Of a stretch of DNA of 64,000 bases, positions 1 to 10,154 are shown in pieces; position 1 is the stretch's first letter, and each line of letters starts with the position of its first letter. The notes beneath the pieces are model-generated. The model had not been told where the DNA came from. It saw nothing but the letters and a program-made list of their open reading frames with translations, and did not search any database. Origin of the DNA: an uncultured Armatimonadetes bacterium (GTDB taxonomy: Bacteria; Armatimonadota; UBA5829; DTJY01); the NCBI GenBank assembly GCA_963717145.1, contig OY970325.1, positions 768,001-832,000 on the forward strand. The letters run 5' to 3'. The position numbers and the translations under genes are program-made.

Positions 1-629
1 TCTCCACGGGGCGAATGTGGAAGGCGGTCTTTTCGCTGTTCCTGTTGTTCTGGGTCTGCATGTGGTTCACTGCTTTCACAGAGTTAGGAACCAACCAATG
101 GATCTCTGAGATGCTGAAGCAGTCCGGAGTCAAGGTGGGCACCCTGGTCCTGGGGTGGATCAGCTTCGTCATGCTGGTCGGCCGAATCTTCGCGGGCCCC
201 GTCATTCACAAGTTGAAACCGATCGGATTGCTGCTTCTCTCTGCGGTCGTCTCGGTACTTGGCCTGCTGGCGCTGAGTGTGGCGAAGGGGCCTGTGATGG
301 CGTTTGCGGCTGCGACGGTCTTCTCCGTCGGGGTCTGCTATTTCTGGCCCACGATGCTCGGCTACACCTCGGAGCGCTGGCCTGAGGGTGGTGCATTGAC
401 TATGGGTCTGATGGGCGCTGCCGGCATGGCGTCCGCCGGTTTCGCACAGCCCATATTCGGCTGGTTGTTCGCAGGCCGCGGAACTGCAGGTTGCCTGCAA
501 ACGGTGGCCATCCTGCCTGGCATTGCGGCCATCATCTTTGTGTTCTTCTACCTGGGCCATCGCAAGGAAGGCGGTTACAAGGCTGTAAAGCTGGATGAAG
601 TGGAGCAGGCCCCGACCTCGGAGTGCTGA
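1..629 (+). CDS. MFS transporter, C-terminal half (5' truncated by window edge)
   Basis: Six hydrophobic helices and an MFS loop motif (GRIFAGPVIHKL); frame is open back to the window start. Confidence 0.8.
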   Translation, partial: STGRMWKAVFSLFLLFWVCMWFTAFTELGTNQWISEMLKQSGVKVGTLVLGWISFVMLVGRIFAGPVIHKLKPIGLLLLSAVVSVLGLLALSVAKGPVMAFAAATVFSVGVCYFWPTMLGYTSERWPEGGALTMGLMGAAGMASAGFAQPIFGWLFAGRGTAGCLQTVAILPGIAAIIFVFFYLGHRKEGGYKAVKLDEVEQAPTSEC

Positions 630-707
630 CCCCGGCAAACCTGAGCAGTGACCTTCCGATCGTGATACTGAGCGTTTCAGCGATCACATAGGAATAGAAG
701 TTGGCGA

Positions 708-743
708 GAGGGCCGAGCAGAATGCGATCTGCTCGGCCCTTTC
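708..743 (+). terminator. Hairpin, probable intrinsic terminator
   Basis: agggccgagcaga / tctgctcggccct inverted repeat followed by ttct, downstream of the MFS gene. Confidence 0.55.
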
Positions 744-886
744 TACGAGCCGCCGTTTTCTGGGACGGCAATCGTTTCCGCACTATCAGCATTTGACAGC
801 CCGGCACGGCGCGAGTTGGGTACAACATATATTGTGCCGGCCGGCATGCAGTGTGTGCCATGCAGGCAAACTGAGTTGCCAGGGAG

Positions 887-2529
887 TTGACCATGCCTCG
901 AGTGCGTCACAGGACTAGCTTAAGAACGAAGCTGCTGATCATTCTGCTGGCAGCGGTACTCGTGCCGTCAATCGTTGTCGCGACGATGCTCATGCGCAAC
1001 GGCATGCACGTGCATCTCTCGCTGCTGTGGCTGGCAGGGTTTGCATTGTTGTTTGTGCTGCTTGGCAAGTACATCAGCCTCAGGGTAACCGGCCCGCTCG
1101 CCAGGCTCAAGGAAGGCGCCGAGATCATCGGCAGCGGCAATCTGGACTATCGAATCGATGTTGGGACCGGCGACGAGATCGAGGATCTGGCGGATGCGTT
1201 CAATCGGACGGCTGCGAGGCTCGAGACGTCATACCATGAACTCGAGCAGGAGCACTCGCGGGCAGTGGTCGCGGCCAGGCAGGCGGACACCCTATATCAC
1301 GTGTCGCAGGCGCTGGTCTCGACACTCAGGCTTGATGAGACTCTCGATCTGATCGCACGAAGTCTCGCAGACGTTTGTGATACCGACAAGGTCGCACTCT
1401 GGCTGGTCAAGGGGAATGTCTTGTCGCCCACGACCGCGTATGGTCTGACCGAGCAGGAAGACAAGGCATTCAAAGGGTGGGAGGCTCATCTCGAAGAGGC
1501 GGCCGGGTTGACGAAGCAAGCGATCACCACTCGAAAGCCCGTGATCGTTACAGATGCAGCGACGGACGAAAGGGTATCTCATCGAATGCTCGAGCAGTTC
1601 CCGGTAGATCCATTCTCGCGCTCCCACTGGTGATCGAGGATGACGTTATCGGCTATGCGATCACATTCGAAGCAGGAAAGGTCCGCGAGTTCACTGATTA
1701 CCAGGTATCGATGGCAAGGGCGGTGGCCGCGCAGGCCGGCGTTGCCATCCGGAATGCACAGGCATACGAGCGAGAGCGACGAATCGCCGAAACGCTCCAG
1801 AGGTCGCTTCTGCCACAAGTACCGCCCAGGTTCGGCTCCTTCGAGATCGCCGATAGGTACAGTTCTGCACTGTCCGAGGCCGAGATTGGGGGCAACTTCT
1901 ATGATCTGGTCGAGCTTTCCCCAACGCGAATGGCCTTCGTAATGGCCGACATATCAGGCAAGGGACTGAGCGCCGCAGTCCACACTGCGATGATGAAATA
2001 CATGCTCAGGGCCTACAGCCTCGATGATATGGACGGTCCGGCGCTGATCCGCCGATTGAACCGTGCGGTCTGGAAGTACATCGGGGAGCAGATGTTCATC
2101 ACATTCTTCTATGGCGTACTCGACACGGAGGCTAAGCGGCTCACCTATGTGAATGCCGGACATGAACTGCCCCTGCTCTTCGGTGCGGAGCGACATCTGT
2201 GCCTGCGTCTGGAAACCACCGGAACGGCGCTCGGCATCTTCCCGGATTATGATTTTGACGAGGCAAGCATCGAGTTCATGCCAGGCGATTCGCTGCTGCT
2301 GTATACCGATGGCGCAACTGATGTCAGGCGTGACCGTGTGTTCCTGGGCGAAGACGGTGTCGAGGCGATCTTCAGCCATGCGGCCGCCGGAAACGCGCAT
2401 CAGATCGTGGACGCAGTGGACGCCGGTATACGCGAATACGCCTCCAACGAACTGCACGATGACGTGGCGCTCATGGTGATCAAGTACACTGTGGGCGATG
2501 TGGATCGGGCGTCTGAATCTCTGATATGA
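887..2529 (+). CDS. Membrane HAMP-GAF-SpoIIE (PP2C) phosphatase, RsbU-like; split by a 1-nt frameshift near 1606
   Basis: ORF 887-1633 has 2 TM, HAMP (GDEIEDLADAFN) and the GAF start. ORF 1477-2529 continues RSILALPL and has IAETLQRSLLP, DISGKG, VNAGH, YTDG, HDDVA. Confidence 0.85.
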
Positions 2530-2747
2530 GCAGGTCCGAAGCGTATGCTTGGCAGGTTTTCAATAATGCTTCACACCAGCAAGCGTGGCCGGTTAAACTC
2601 TCTGACGATTGTGAAATCCTGGCGATATTCCGCGCGTGGACGTCACCTATACAGGGCGCGGCTATCACGTCGGAACCGAGGATTTCCAGGGCTGTTGACG
2701 GCCAAACTTGTGGCCGAAAGATCATATTTCCGACCCCCTCAATTTCA

Positions 2748-2776
2748 TTGACAGTCCGCTCGGCCCGTGGTATATT
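2748..2776 (+). promoter_or_regulatory. Sigma70-type promoter
   Basis: TTGACA-17 nt-TATATT with extended TG. Confidence 0.7.
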
Positions 2777-2926
2777 TGTCCCTGCGGCTACCAACCACTG
2801 CACTGTTGGTTCCAGAGCAGGCAGTCGGTTACCCCCTGCCATGGCATCTGCCGCTTCTATCGGGAAACACAAGAGCGCCCGCGTCGCCAGACAAGGGACT
2901 AGAGCAGTATTGGGTGAGGGACAAGG

Positions 2927-3376
2927 ATGACCACTGAAGTACAGATTCGCAAGAGCCGCAACTACCTTCCACACCTCCGTAAGGTCGTCGCGTGCCTGGC
3001 CGCCGGGTTGGGCATGAGTCGCCGCGAAGCCGAGGACGCCGAGGAAGCAGTCAACGAGATATGCGCGTCATCCATCGAAGCGGCCGAGGGCAATTCGGAG
3101 GGCAGTCTCTCAATAAAGGTGCAGACATGCGAGGACTGCATGACGGTCGACATCAGCGATCCCGCATGTGCGTTCAAGCCATCCGACCGCGGGCAATGGC
3201 TCTGCGGCGCAGCATCGGCGGGTACCTATCGGAAGGTAAGGCGACTGGCTGACGAGATGAAGTTCATACCGGCCAGCCAGGGCACGACCATCCGGCTTAC
3301 CAAGCGGGCACGGGCTACCGCCCGGAGGATCGTGCCGTCCACGCATCAATCGCCGACGAGCACCTTGCACGCCTGA
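2927..3376 (+). CDS. RsbW/SpoIIAB-like anti-sigma factor (HATPase_c_2 fold), degenerate ATP boxes
   Basis: LRKVVACLAAGLGM...EEAVNEIC...VDISD...LADEMKF...GTTIRLTK layout, downstream of the SpoIIE phosphatase. Confidence 0.7.
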   Translation: MTTEVQIRKSRNYLPHLRKVVACLAAGLGMSRREAEDAEEAVNEICASSIEAAEGNSEGSLSIKVQTCEDCMTVDISDPACAFKPSDRGQWLCGAASAGTYRKVRRLADEMKFIPASQGTTIRLTKRARATARRIVPSTHQSPTSTLHA

Positions 3377-4553
3377 ACGATCGGCTCGAGGATTGCTCGC
3401 ACCACCGCTTTGGCCGACTCACTGTTCCTGATGCTGTCCGCGATCGGCGGGCTGATGGTATAGTACAGGTCCACCAACTGCTTGCCTACCGGGTTGGTCA
3501 GCAGGTACCGGTCTCGGAACTGCCTGAGAGCCAGCACCTCATTGTCCATCGGAGTTCCGTATGCCGCGGTCGCGATGAAGCACTTGGGCGAGCCGTAGCT
3601 TGTCTTGCTGAAGTCGATCTGCGTGATCACCCACCGATCGCGATCGCGCTGCAGATAGTACACGAGCTTAGCCGTTCGATGCTTGCCATCCGGTCCGTCG
3701 AACTCATGGACCGCCACCGCCCTGACCTCATGCCCGTCCCGGTCTGCCGAAGTGAACCTGAACTCAGTCGTTCTGATGCGGCCGATAGCCTCATCCGTCA
3801 GCTTGTAGATCTCGCGAGGCGAGAGGCTGTGGGAATACTTGCCCTTATAGTAGATGCCCACGCTTCTGTCTGCGTTGATATGCCACATCAGAAACTCGGG
3901 GTTCCGCTCCCACCAGGTTGCCTCGATGTCATTCAAGGCCTCTTCGAGTGAGCCGGGAAGGGCGGACCGATAGCTGTAGTCGCGTCCCCAATCGCGGCGA
4001 GGACTGCGCCAGTCATCGTCGATGATGATGACGGTGCCCCGGTTGTAGTATGGATACGCGGACCAGAAATCGCGGTCGTAAGGGTAATAGAACGAGTCGC
4101 CGTAATGACGGCGGTACTTGTACTCGGGATCGCTGCGCTCGTCCCGCTTCCCAAACTGTCCTGACACGCTGGGGGTTCCCTCATCACGCCGCGTAGACTG
4201 ATCGCTCGCACGCGGCTCCTCACGGCGATCGGACGACGAGTTGTTGCCGCTTGTCTCCTGCCGATTGCCGAAGACGCTGCCCGACGATCGGTCCTGCTCC
4301 GTGTTCTGCGGCTTGGAAGGCGCAGGTCTGTCTTCTCTGGGCGCAGGCCTCTCTTCTTTGTCGCCGGCTTCTCTTCTTTCGGCGCGGGCTTCTCCTGGCT
4401 GTCCGAGGAGTTGTCCCTCGGCTTCACGACTCCCTTGGCATCGGCCGTCTGGAGGTATCGCGGACCCGCGGCAAAGACCAGTACCCCCGCGAAGAGCATG
4501 GCGAGTGCGAAGAAAGACCATCGGAATCTGGAACGGCGCAATGAACTAATCAT
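3346..4553 (-). CDS. Exported low-complexity protein with NTF2-like domain and C-terminal CFI-box-CTERM; frameshift near 4360
   Basis: Signal peptide in frame 3933-4562 joins frame 3346-4521 inside EKPAP repeats; C-terminus CFIATAAYG...LRQFRDRYLL...YYTISPPIA. Confidence 0.75.
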
Positions 4554-4580
4554 CTCGGTCACCTCATGCAGTCAGAAAGC

Positions 4581-4610
4581 AAAACCCCGGGACTGAGCGT
4601 CCCGGGGTTG
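4581..4610 (-). terminator. Intrinsic terminator-like hairpin between the two paralogues
   Basis: aaccccgggac / gtcccggggtt stem with a T run on the minus strand. Confidence 0.6.
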
Positions 4611-4618
4611 GGGCAGCT

Positions 4619-5827
4619 TCAGATGGGCATTGTAGAAGAGCCCACCGCCACTATGTACCACTCGCCTCCGTTTCGCTCGAAGGTGTACGTGATGTAGACG
4701 GTCTTCAGCAGCCCGGATTCATCGGCGTATGTGTGCCTGCCGTGAGCAACATACAAGTTGCCATCCCGTCGGGTCACCCTGTCGAAATCGAAGGTCCGCG
4801 TTTGGATCACGGACATGGCGTCACGTGTCATATCGTAGTAGTCCAGCCAGTCGACCGAGTAGGTGTATTCGCCTTTCAGGAATACCTCGATCGTGCTGTT
4901 TCGCTTCACGTGGTCCATGACAAGCTCGGGATTGGAGAGTTCCCAGCCTCGCTGGATATCGCGGAGGTTCGCCCACAACTCCTTGTCGCCCCGATCGCGA
5001 AGATAGTAGTCGTCAGACCTCTGGTACAGGAAGACCGGTATCTCGACGTAGATCCTGGCGCTGGACAACCTGGCACTGAAGACCACGCGGTCATAGCTGA
5101 TGTATGGCGGGCAGTAATCGTAGTAGTAGCAGTACAACGACGGGTAGCAGTCCCGCGGCCGATAGTCATAGGAGTAGTATCGGTATCGGAATGGGGAGCG
5201 GTACGAATGCGAACTCCAGTTCCGATCGTATGGCCTGTCATAGTACAAGCTGGGTCGCCTGTCATCATTGCGCCGGGAATCCCAGTTGCGGTCCGAGGAC
5301 CTGCTGCGACTCTCCTGGCGATTCTTCCAGATGTCGCCGATGTCGGCGTAGTCCTTGCGGTATGTGGGAGTCGGCCTCTTGTCATCCGGTCGGGAGCCAG
5401 GTGTGCGAAGGGAGTACTGCTGGTCGAGGCTGCTCCTCGGTGAACTCGACGGTGACTCGTAGCGCCGCACATTGTACCTGCTGTCGAGGTCTGAACGCGA
5501 GGACGATCCACTGGAGACGCTCGAACGGCTGGAGTTGCTCGAACTCGAGTTGTGGGAACTGGATGGCGCGTTCGAGCTATGAGAACTGGACGACGAACTC
5601 GAGTTCGAATTGGAATTGGAATTGGAACTCGAGTTCGAACTAGACTTTGAACTGGAGCCCGAATCGGACTTCTTTGAACTCGAGTTCGAATCGGAGTTGC
5701 CCCCGCCTGAGGACTTGACGGACCCCTTGGCGTATACGGGCTGCTCGATGGTTACTGTCAGAGCCGCCACTGCAATCATGGCGAGGACCACTGTGATCGA
5801 GAGGATTGTCCGTAACCTGATATGCAT
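4619..5827 (-). CDS. Exported Ser-rich/Tyr-rich protein with C-terminal NTF2-like domain (paralogue of 3346-4553)
   Basis: Signal peptide, poly-Ser/Asn tract, Tyr/Arg/Asp-rich middle; the last ~115 aa align by eye with the neighbouring gene. Confidence 0.75.
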   Translation of the reverse strand: MHIRLRTILSITVVLAMIAVAALTVTIEQPVYAKGSVKSSGGGNSDSNSSSKKSDSGSSSKSSSNSSSNSNSNSNSSSSSSSHSSNAPSSSHNSSSSNSSRSSVSSGSSSRSDLDSRYNVRRYESPSSSPRSSLDQQYSLRTPGSRPDDKRPTPTYRKDYADIGDIWKNRQESRSRSSDRNWDSRRNDDRRPSLYYDRPYDRNWSSHSYRSPFRYRYYSYDYRPRDCYPSLYCYYYDYCPPYISYDRVVFSARLSSARIYVEIPVFLYQRSDDYYLRDRGDKELWANLRDIQRGWELSNPELVMDHVKRNSTIEVFLKGEYTYSVDWLDYYDMTRDAMSVIQTRTFDFDRVTRRDGNLYVAHGRHTYADESGLLKTVYITYTFERNGGEWYIVAVGSSTMPI

Positions 5828-5886
5828 CGCTCATCACTCCTTTGCTGAAAAACGGAATTACTTCGAAGGAGCACTCTCTGTACTAT

Positions 5887-5914
5887 TAGACGCTGAAAAC
5901 ACCACTTTGTTTCA
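5887..5914 (-). promoter_or_regulatory. ECF-sigma-type promoter
   Basis: Minus strand TGAAAC-16 nt-CGTCTA, 60 nt upstream of the 5827 start. Confidence 0.6.
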
Positions 5915-6074
5915 AATTTCTGATGTGAAACGACGGCACGGGTGAAAACATCTGTTCGGTGCATAACCGAGCATCACGTCTGCATTCCGTGACCACCTCA
6001 GACGCAGAGAATCGGCAACACCCTCTGCTATTCGTGATACCCAGAGAAGTGTTGTCTCAGTCGGGGGGCGATGC

Positions 6075-6527
6075 CTAGCGCTTGCGGTTGCCTCGTTTGA
6101 TCTCGATGTTCCGCTTCAGGTCAAGCTGGCGATCGTCGCTGTCTTTCAGGAAACTGCTCAGCCGATCCTCGAAGGAGCCGTTCTCGAGCCTGACTCGCTT
6201 CTCTCCATGGCCGTCCGGGCCAAGGTTCACCGGCTCCGGTCTCCGCTCGATGGGCTTTCGAGGTTCTCGAACCGGAGCAGGCTCTGGAGCGGGCTGTTCG
6301 ATTCCCTTGGCGGTAAGCTGATATCGGCCCTTGCCGTTCACGCTCAGGACCTTCACCCGCACCCGGTCGCGCTCCTTGAAGTAGTCGCTGATGTCCCTGA
6401 CGAAGGTGCTGGCCACTTCGGAGATGTGAATCAGACCGGTATTACCGCCGGCAAGCCGAACGATCGCCCCGTATTCGGCAAGCTTGACTATTGTTCCGTC
6501 TACTGTGGTGCCGATCTCAAGGCTCAT
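6075..6527 (-). CDS. Small S1 RNA-binding domain protein (YabR/YugI-like)
   Basis: GLIHISEVASTFVRDISDYF S1 motif plus SFEDRLSSFLKDSDDR tail; AAGGAGG upstream. Confidence 0.88.
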   Translation of the reverse strand: MSLEIGTTVDGTIVKLAEYGAIVRLAGGNTGLIHISEVASTFVRDISDYFKERDRVRVKVLSVNGKGRYQLTAKGIEQPAPEPAPVREPRKPIERRPEPVNLGPDGHGEKRVRLENGSFEDRLSSFLKDSDDRQLDLKRNIEIKRGNRKR

Positions 6528-6598
6528 GCTGTTCTGAGGACTCCCTCCTTGCACTTTAAGTTCAGCGTGAAAGAGTAGGAATTTGGAGTTCTGGAGCC

Positions 6599-6627
6599 AG
6601 TATATCGGGAGGTATATGCCTTGTCAA
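6599..6627 (-). promoter_or_regulatory. Sigma70-type promoter for the S1 gene
   Basis: Minus strand TTGACA-17 nt-TATACT. Confidence 0.75.
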
Positions 6628-6759
6628 CAGGCATTTTTACCAGTATTTGGGCAACCGAGCAACCCATTCGTCCGGGAGACGAAGTCACTGAATCGTCATT
6701 ACGGGCCGGTTCGTGGTATACTGACTGCCGAATCAGAGGGTTTCGGGAGGTGCAAACGA

Positions 6760-8106
6760 GTGGGCTCAGAGCATTCATACGACGTGTTGGTCGCAGGCGG
6801 TGGAGTCGCCGGAGTCGCGGCCGCGGTCAGTGCGGCAAGACAGGGCGCGAAGACACTCCTGGTCGAGAGGTACGGATTCCTCGGCGGGATGGGGACCGCC
6901 GGGCTGGTCAACCCATTCATGAGTTCCTTCACGTCGACCGGCGAGCCGCTCGTTGGTGGATTCTTTAGTGAGATCTGTGCCCGAATGAAGGACCTGGGCG
7001 GGCTGTTCGGTCGCGCGTTCGACCCGGAAGCGATGAAGTTCGCCTCACAGGAGATGGTCCTCGAAGCGGGTGGGGAACTGCTCCTTCACACATGGATCAC
7101 CGGCGCGCGGATGAATGGCAGCGAGATCATCGGGGTCGAGGCGCTCACCAAGAACGGGATGAGAGACATCGATGCGCGGGTCGTAGTGGATGCGACCGGC
7201 GACGGAGATATCGCGGCGATGTCCGGCGCTCAGTTCGAGATGGGCGGCCCCGAAGGCCTCACCCAGGCGATGACGCTCATGTTCACCGTCGGCGGCGTCG
7301 AGATGCGGAAGTGCCTGGAATACGCGCTCAAGCACCCCGATGAGATGCGTTTCCCGAAGCCGTCGAGCCAGGAGGCGGTCGAGCAGATGCTCCGGGGCGC
7401 GGTCGGCGTCGCCGGGTTCTACAAGGAGGTCGACGAGGCCCGCGAGAAGGGAGAGTTCCCTGTCCCTCAGGAGATGGTCTTCTTCATCGCGATGCCGACT
7501 CCCGGCCAGGTGGTGGTGAACACCACGCACATCGGCGGCGTGAACGGGACCGACTCGTGGGATCTGACCAAGGCTGAGATCGAGTGCCGTCGTCAGGCGA
7601 TGGCTCTGATGAAGTTCTTCAGGAAGTACGTTCCCGGTTTCGAGAACTCATACATGATGCAGACTGCGACTCAGATCGGGATCCGTGAGACCCGTCGAGT
7701 CATCGGCGAGCACGTGTTCAACGTCGACGATGTGGCCGAGGGTCGCAAGTATCCGGATGTGATCATGCGCTCGGCCTATGCGGTGGACATCCATTCGCCG
7801 GTCGGGCGCGGATACGTTCGCAAGGATGACGGCAAGCCGGGGATCGCGCCTCCCTCAGGCAATTGGTATGAGGTGCCCTATCGGTGTCTCGTGCCGCTGG
7901 ATGTCGAGCAACTCCTGGTCGCGGGCCGGTGCATATCTTCCACGCACGAGGGACAGGCGGCGATGCGGATCATGCCGAACTGCATGGCGCTCGGTCAGGC
8001 GGCCGGGACCGCGGCGGGGCTCTGCATCGAGCAGGGTGTTTCGCCGCGCGCTCTCGATGCCGACCTGTTGAGAACGGCGCTCCTTCGCGAGGGTGCGATC
8101 ATCTAA
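6760..8106 (+). CDS. FAD-dependent oxidoreductase (FAD_oxidored family)
   Basis: GGGVAG dinucleotide motif, DATGDGD, GIRETRR, LLVAGRCIS; GTG start after GGAGG. Confidence 0.88.
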   Translation: MGSEHSYDVLVAGGGVAGVAAAVSAARQGAKTLLVERYGFLGGMGTAGLVNPFMSSFTSTGEPLVGGFFSEICARMKDLGGLFGRAFDPEAMKFASQEMVLEAGGELLLHTWITGARMNGSEIIGVEALTKNGMRDIDARVVVDATGDGDIAAMSGAQFEMGGPEGLTQAMTLMFTVGGVEMRKCLEYALKHPDEMRFPKPSSQEAVEQMLRGAVGVAGFYKEVDEAREKGEFPVPQEMVFFIAMPTPGQVVVNTTHIGGVNGTDSWDLTKAEIECRRQAMALMKFFRKYVPGFENSYMMQTATQIGIRETRRVIGEHVFNVDDVAEGRKYPDVIMRSAYAVDIHSPVGRGYVRKDDGKPGIAPPSGNWYEVPYRCLVPLDVEQLLVAGRCISSTHEGQAAMRIMPNCMALGQAAGTAAGLCIEQGVSPRALDADLLRTALLREGAII

Positions 8107-8126
8107 GTCTAAGAGGTACTGCTGTC

Positions 8127-8813
8127 GTGTCTGATAAGGTGAATGTCGCCCTCCACATACACACACTCTACTCGGCCTGCGCCGAGACGAGGATCGAGGA
8201 CATCGAGGGATATTGTCGCCGGAACAACGTCGATGTCGTCGCCATCACCGACCACGACACGATCGCCGCCGCGCTCGAACTCAAGGTGGTGTCACCTGAC
8301 TTGCGGGTCATCGTGGGCGAGGAGATCAAAACTCGGCAGGGCGAGATCGTCGGCCTGTTCCTGGAGCACGAGATCGAGGGTGGCCTCGATGCCCTGGAGA
8401 CATGCCAACTCATCAAGCAGCAGGGCGGTCTAGTCTACATCCCGCATCCCTTCGACCTCCTGAAGATCAACCGGCTGAAGAAGCCCGCGCTGATGCAGGT
8501 GTTGGACATGGTCGATATCATCGAGGTCTTCAACGCCAAACTCGTCACACCGATCTACAACATCGTCGCTGACGGGTTCGCCGATCAGCGGGGGAAAGTG
8601 GCTGCTGCCGGGAGTGACGCGCACTACCTCAAGGCGATCGCCGTTTGCCTCAACGAGATCGACGATTTCTCCACGCCACAGGAGTTCCTCGACAACCTCC
8701 GAAACGGCCGCCTGATCGCCAAGCGGAGCGGTTTCCTCCGTGCCTGGTATGTGGGCCTGAAGAATGTCCTCCGGGGCGAAGGCCATGTCATCAAGCGCTT
8801 CGGGCGGCGCTAG
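8127..8813 (+). CDS. PHP-domain metal-dependent phosphoesterase
   Basis: LHIHTLYS, ITDHD, GEEI, PHPF, GSDAH motifs. Confidence 0.88.
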   Translation: MSDKVNVALHIHTLYSACAETRIEDIEGYCRRNNVDVVAITDHDTIAAALELKVVSPDLRVIVGEEIKTRQGEIVGLFLEHEIEGGLDALETCQLIKQQGGLVYIPHPFDLLKINRLKKPALMQVLDMVDIIEVFNAKLVTPIYNIVADGFADQRGKVAAAGSDAHYLKAIAVCLNEIDDFSTPQEFLDNLRNGRLIAKRSGFLRAWYVGLKNVLRGEGHVIKRFGRR

Positions 8814-8816
8814 AGT

Positions 8817-8847
8817 CCCCGTAGGGGAGGCCTTCAACGGCCTCCCG
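8817..8847 (+). repeat. GTAG-type REP (family C), identical to 44125-44155 in reverse orientation
   Basis: GTAG + gggaggcc ttcaac ggcctccc palindrome. Confidence 0.8.
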
Positions 8848-8919
8848 TGAGGGCGAGTGTTTCCATGCGAACAAACCGGGCGACTTCGCGCGTCTACCGT
8901 GCAGAGAGGAGTCGCCGAG

Positions 8920-10122
8920 ATGCAGAAAACGGAGTGCAATCAGTTGGAGAGTACGCTGGCAGAGATATGGTCGGAGCACAGGGACTACCTGAGGAGACTG
9001 CTCATCAGCCTGACCCGTGACATAGATGTCGCGGAGGACTTGCTGCAGGAGACCTACCTCAAGGCGCGCAACGGCCTGGCGAATTACCGAGGCGGGGATG
9101 CCCGTGCGTGGCTTTCCGTCATCGCAAGGAATGGGTTCTACTCCCATGTGCGCAGTCGGCCCATCCGATCGGAACTTCCACTAGGCGATCGTGAGGACGA
9201 ACCGGTCGGCGACTGGCCGGGCTCCGCGGGCTACCTTGCCATACACGAACTGCGCCACGCGATAGATGCGCTTGCTCCGGGACAGCGAACTGCGCTCATC
9301 ATGAAGCATTACGGCGGCTTCACATACAAAGAGATCGGCGAGCATCTACACTGCCCTACCGGCACCGTCCAGCGCAGGGTCTGGACCGCCATGCAGAGGC
9401 TTCGGGATGTCCTCGTCGGATCTCAGAAGGAGCCGGTTAGGATGAAATGCGAGGAGTTGCGTGGACTTAGGATGCTGGATTATCTCTACGGCACGCTGTC
9501 TGGAGATGAGGCAGCCGCCATCGAGGCTCACCTCGACGAGTGCGGTGACTGCCGGCAGGATGTCGAGCAGTTGCGCGGCATCATGACCGCTCTCGATTCA
9601 CTCGATGAGGACTTCAAGAGCACCGCTATCGTCGAACTCGATGAGCATGGGACGACGACAGGGTACCTGTCGTTAAGCATGGGGAATCCATACGACAAGC
9701 CCGATTCCACGATCGAGTTCGGCGCGGGCCCTTTCACGGATCTGATGCACGTGTTCGTGCAGGGCGAGGAAGCGAGTTTCGAGTTGCTGCCGAAGACATC
9801 CGATAGCGGAATGCAGAGGTACAGGGCACATCTGGCGCATCCCCTCGAGCCGGGCGGGCGGTTCCTGCTGCAGTTCGTATTCCGCGAGCCCTGTGAGCCG
9901 GGGGCATATCTGGGAGACGGCAGGTGGCGTATGAGAGGCCACTGGCAACTGACCGAGAAGAACGTGACTATCGTCGCGGCGCGACTGCCGTGCGGCGCGC
10001 GCCTCGAATGTGCTGAGCCGAAGCCTGATGAGGTAAGGTCAAACGGCACGACGACTCTGATCTGGCGGCGCATGATGCAGCCCAACGAGGAGTTCGAGTC
10101 CATCATTGAATACGCGCTCTGA
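8920..10122 (+). CDS. ECF sigma factor fused in frame to a zf-HC2 anti-sigma domain and a soluble C-terminal domain
   Basis: Region 2 (AEDLLQETYLKA, WLSVIARN), region 4 (FTYKEIGEHLHCPTGTV), then HLDECGDC (HxxxCxxC). Confidence 0.85.
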   Translation: MQKTECNQLESTLAEIWSEHRDYLRRLLISLTRDIDVAEDLLQETYLKARNGLANYRGGDARAWLSVIARNGFYSHVRSRPIRSELPLGDREDEPVGDWPGSAGYLAIHELRHAIDALAPGQRTALIMKHYGGFTYKEIGEHLHCPTGTVQRRVWTAMQRLRDVLVGSQKEPVRMKCEELRGLRMLDYLYGTLSGDEAAAIEAHLDECGDCRQDVEQLRGIMTALDSLDEDFKSTAIVELDEHGTTTGYLSLSMGNPYDKPDSTIEFGAGPFTDLMHVFVQGEEASFELLPKTSDSGMQRYRAHLAHPLEPGGRFLLQFVFREPCEPGAYLGDGRWRMRGHWQLTEKNVTIVAARLPCGARLECAEPKPDEVRSNGTTTLIWRRMMQPNEEFESIIEYAL

Positions 10123-10154
10123 ACAGACTCATCAACCTTTCGAGTCTCAGGCGA

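Noticed and set aside
793-826. Sigma70 promoter TTGACA...TACAAC
   Set aside because: Spacer is 22 nt
2526-2930. 134-aa ORF as the missing anti-anti-sigma
   Set aside because: No STAS motif, and it spans a consensus promoter and leader
5520-5700. GAACTCGAGTTC repeats as a DNA element
   Set aside because: Explained by the Ser/Asn low-complexity coding tract
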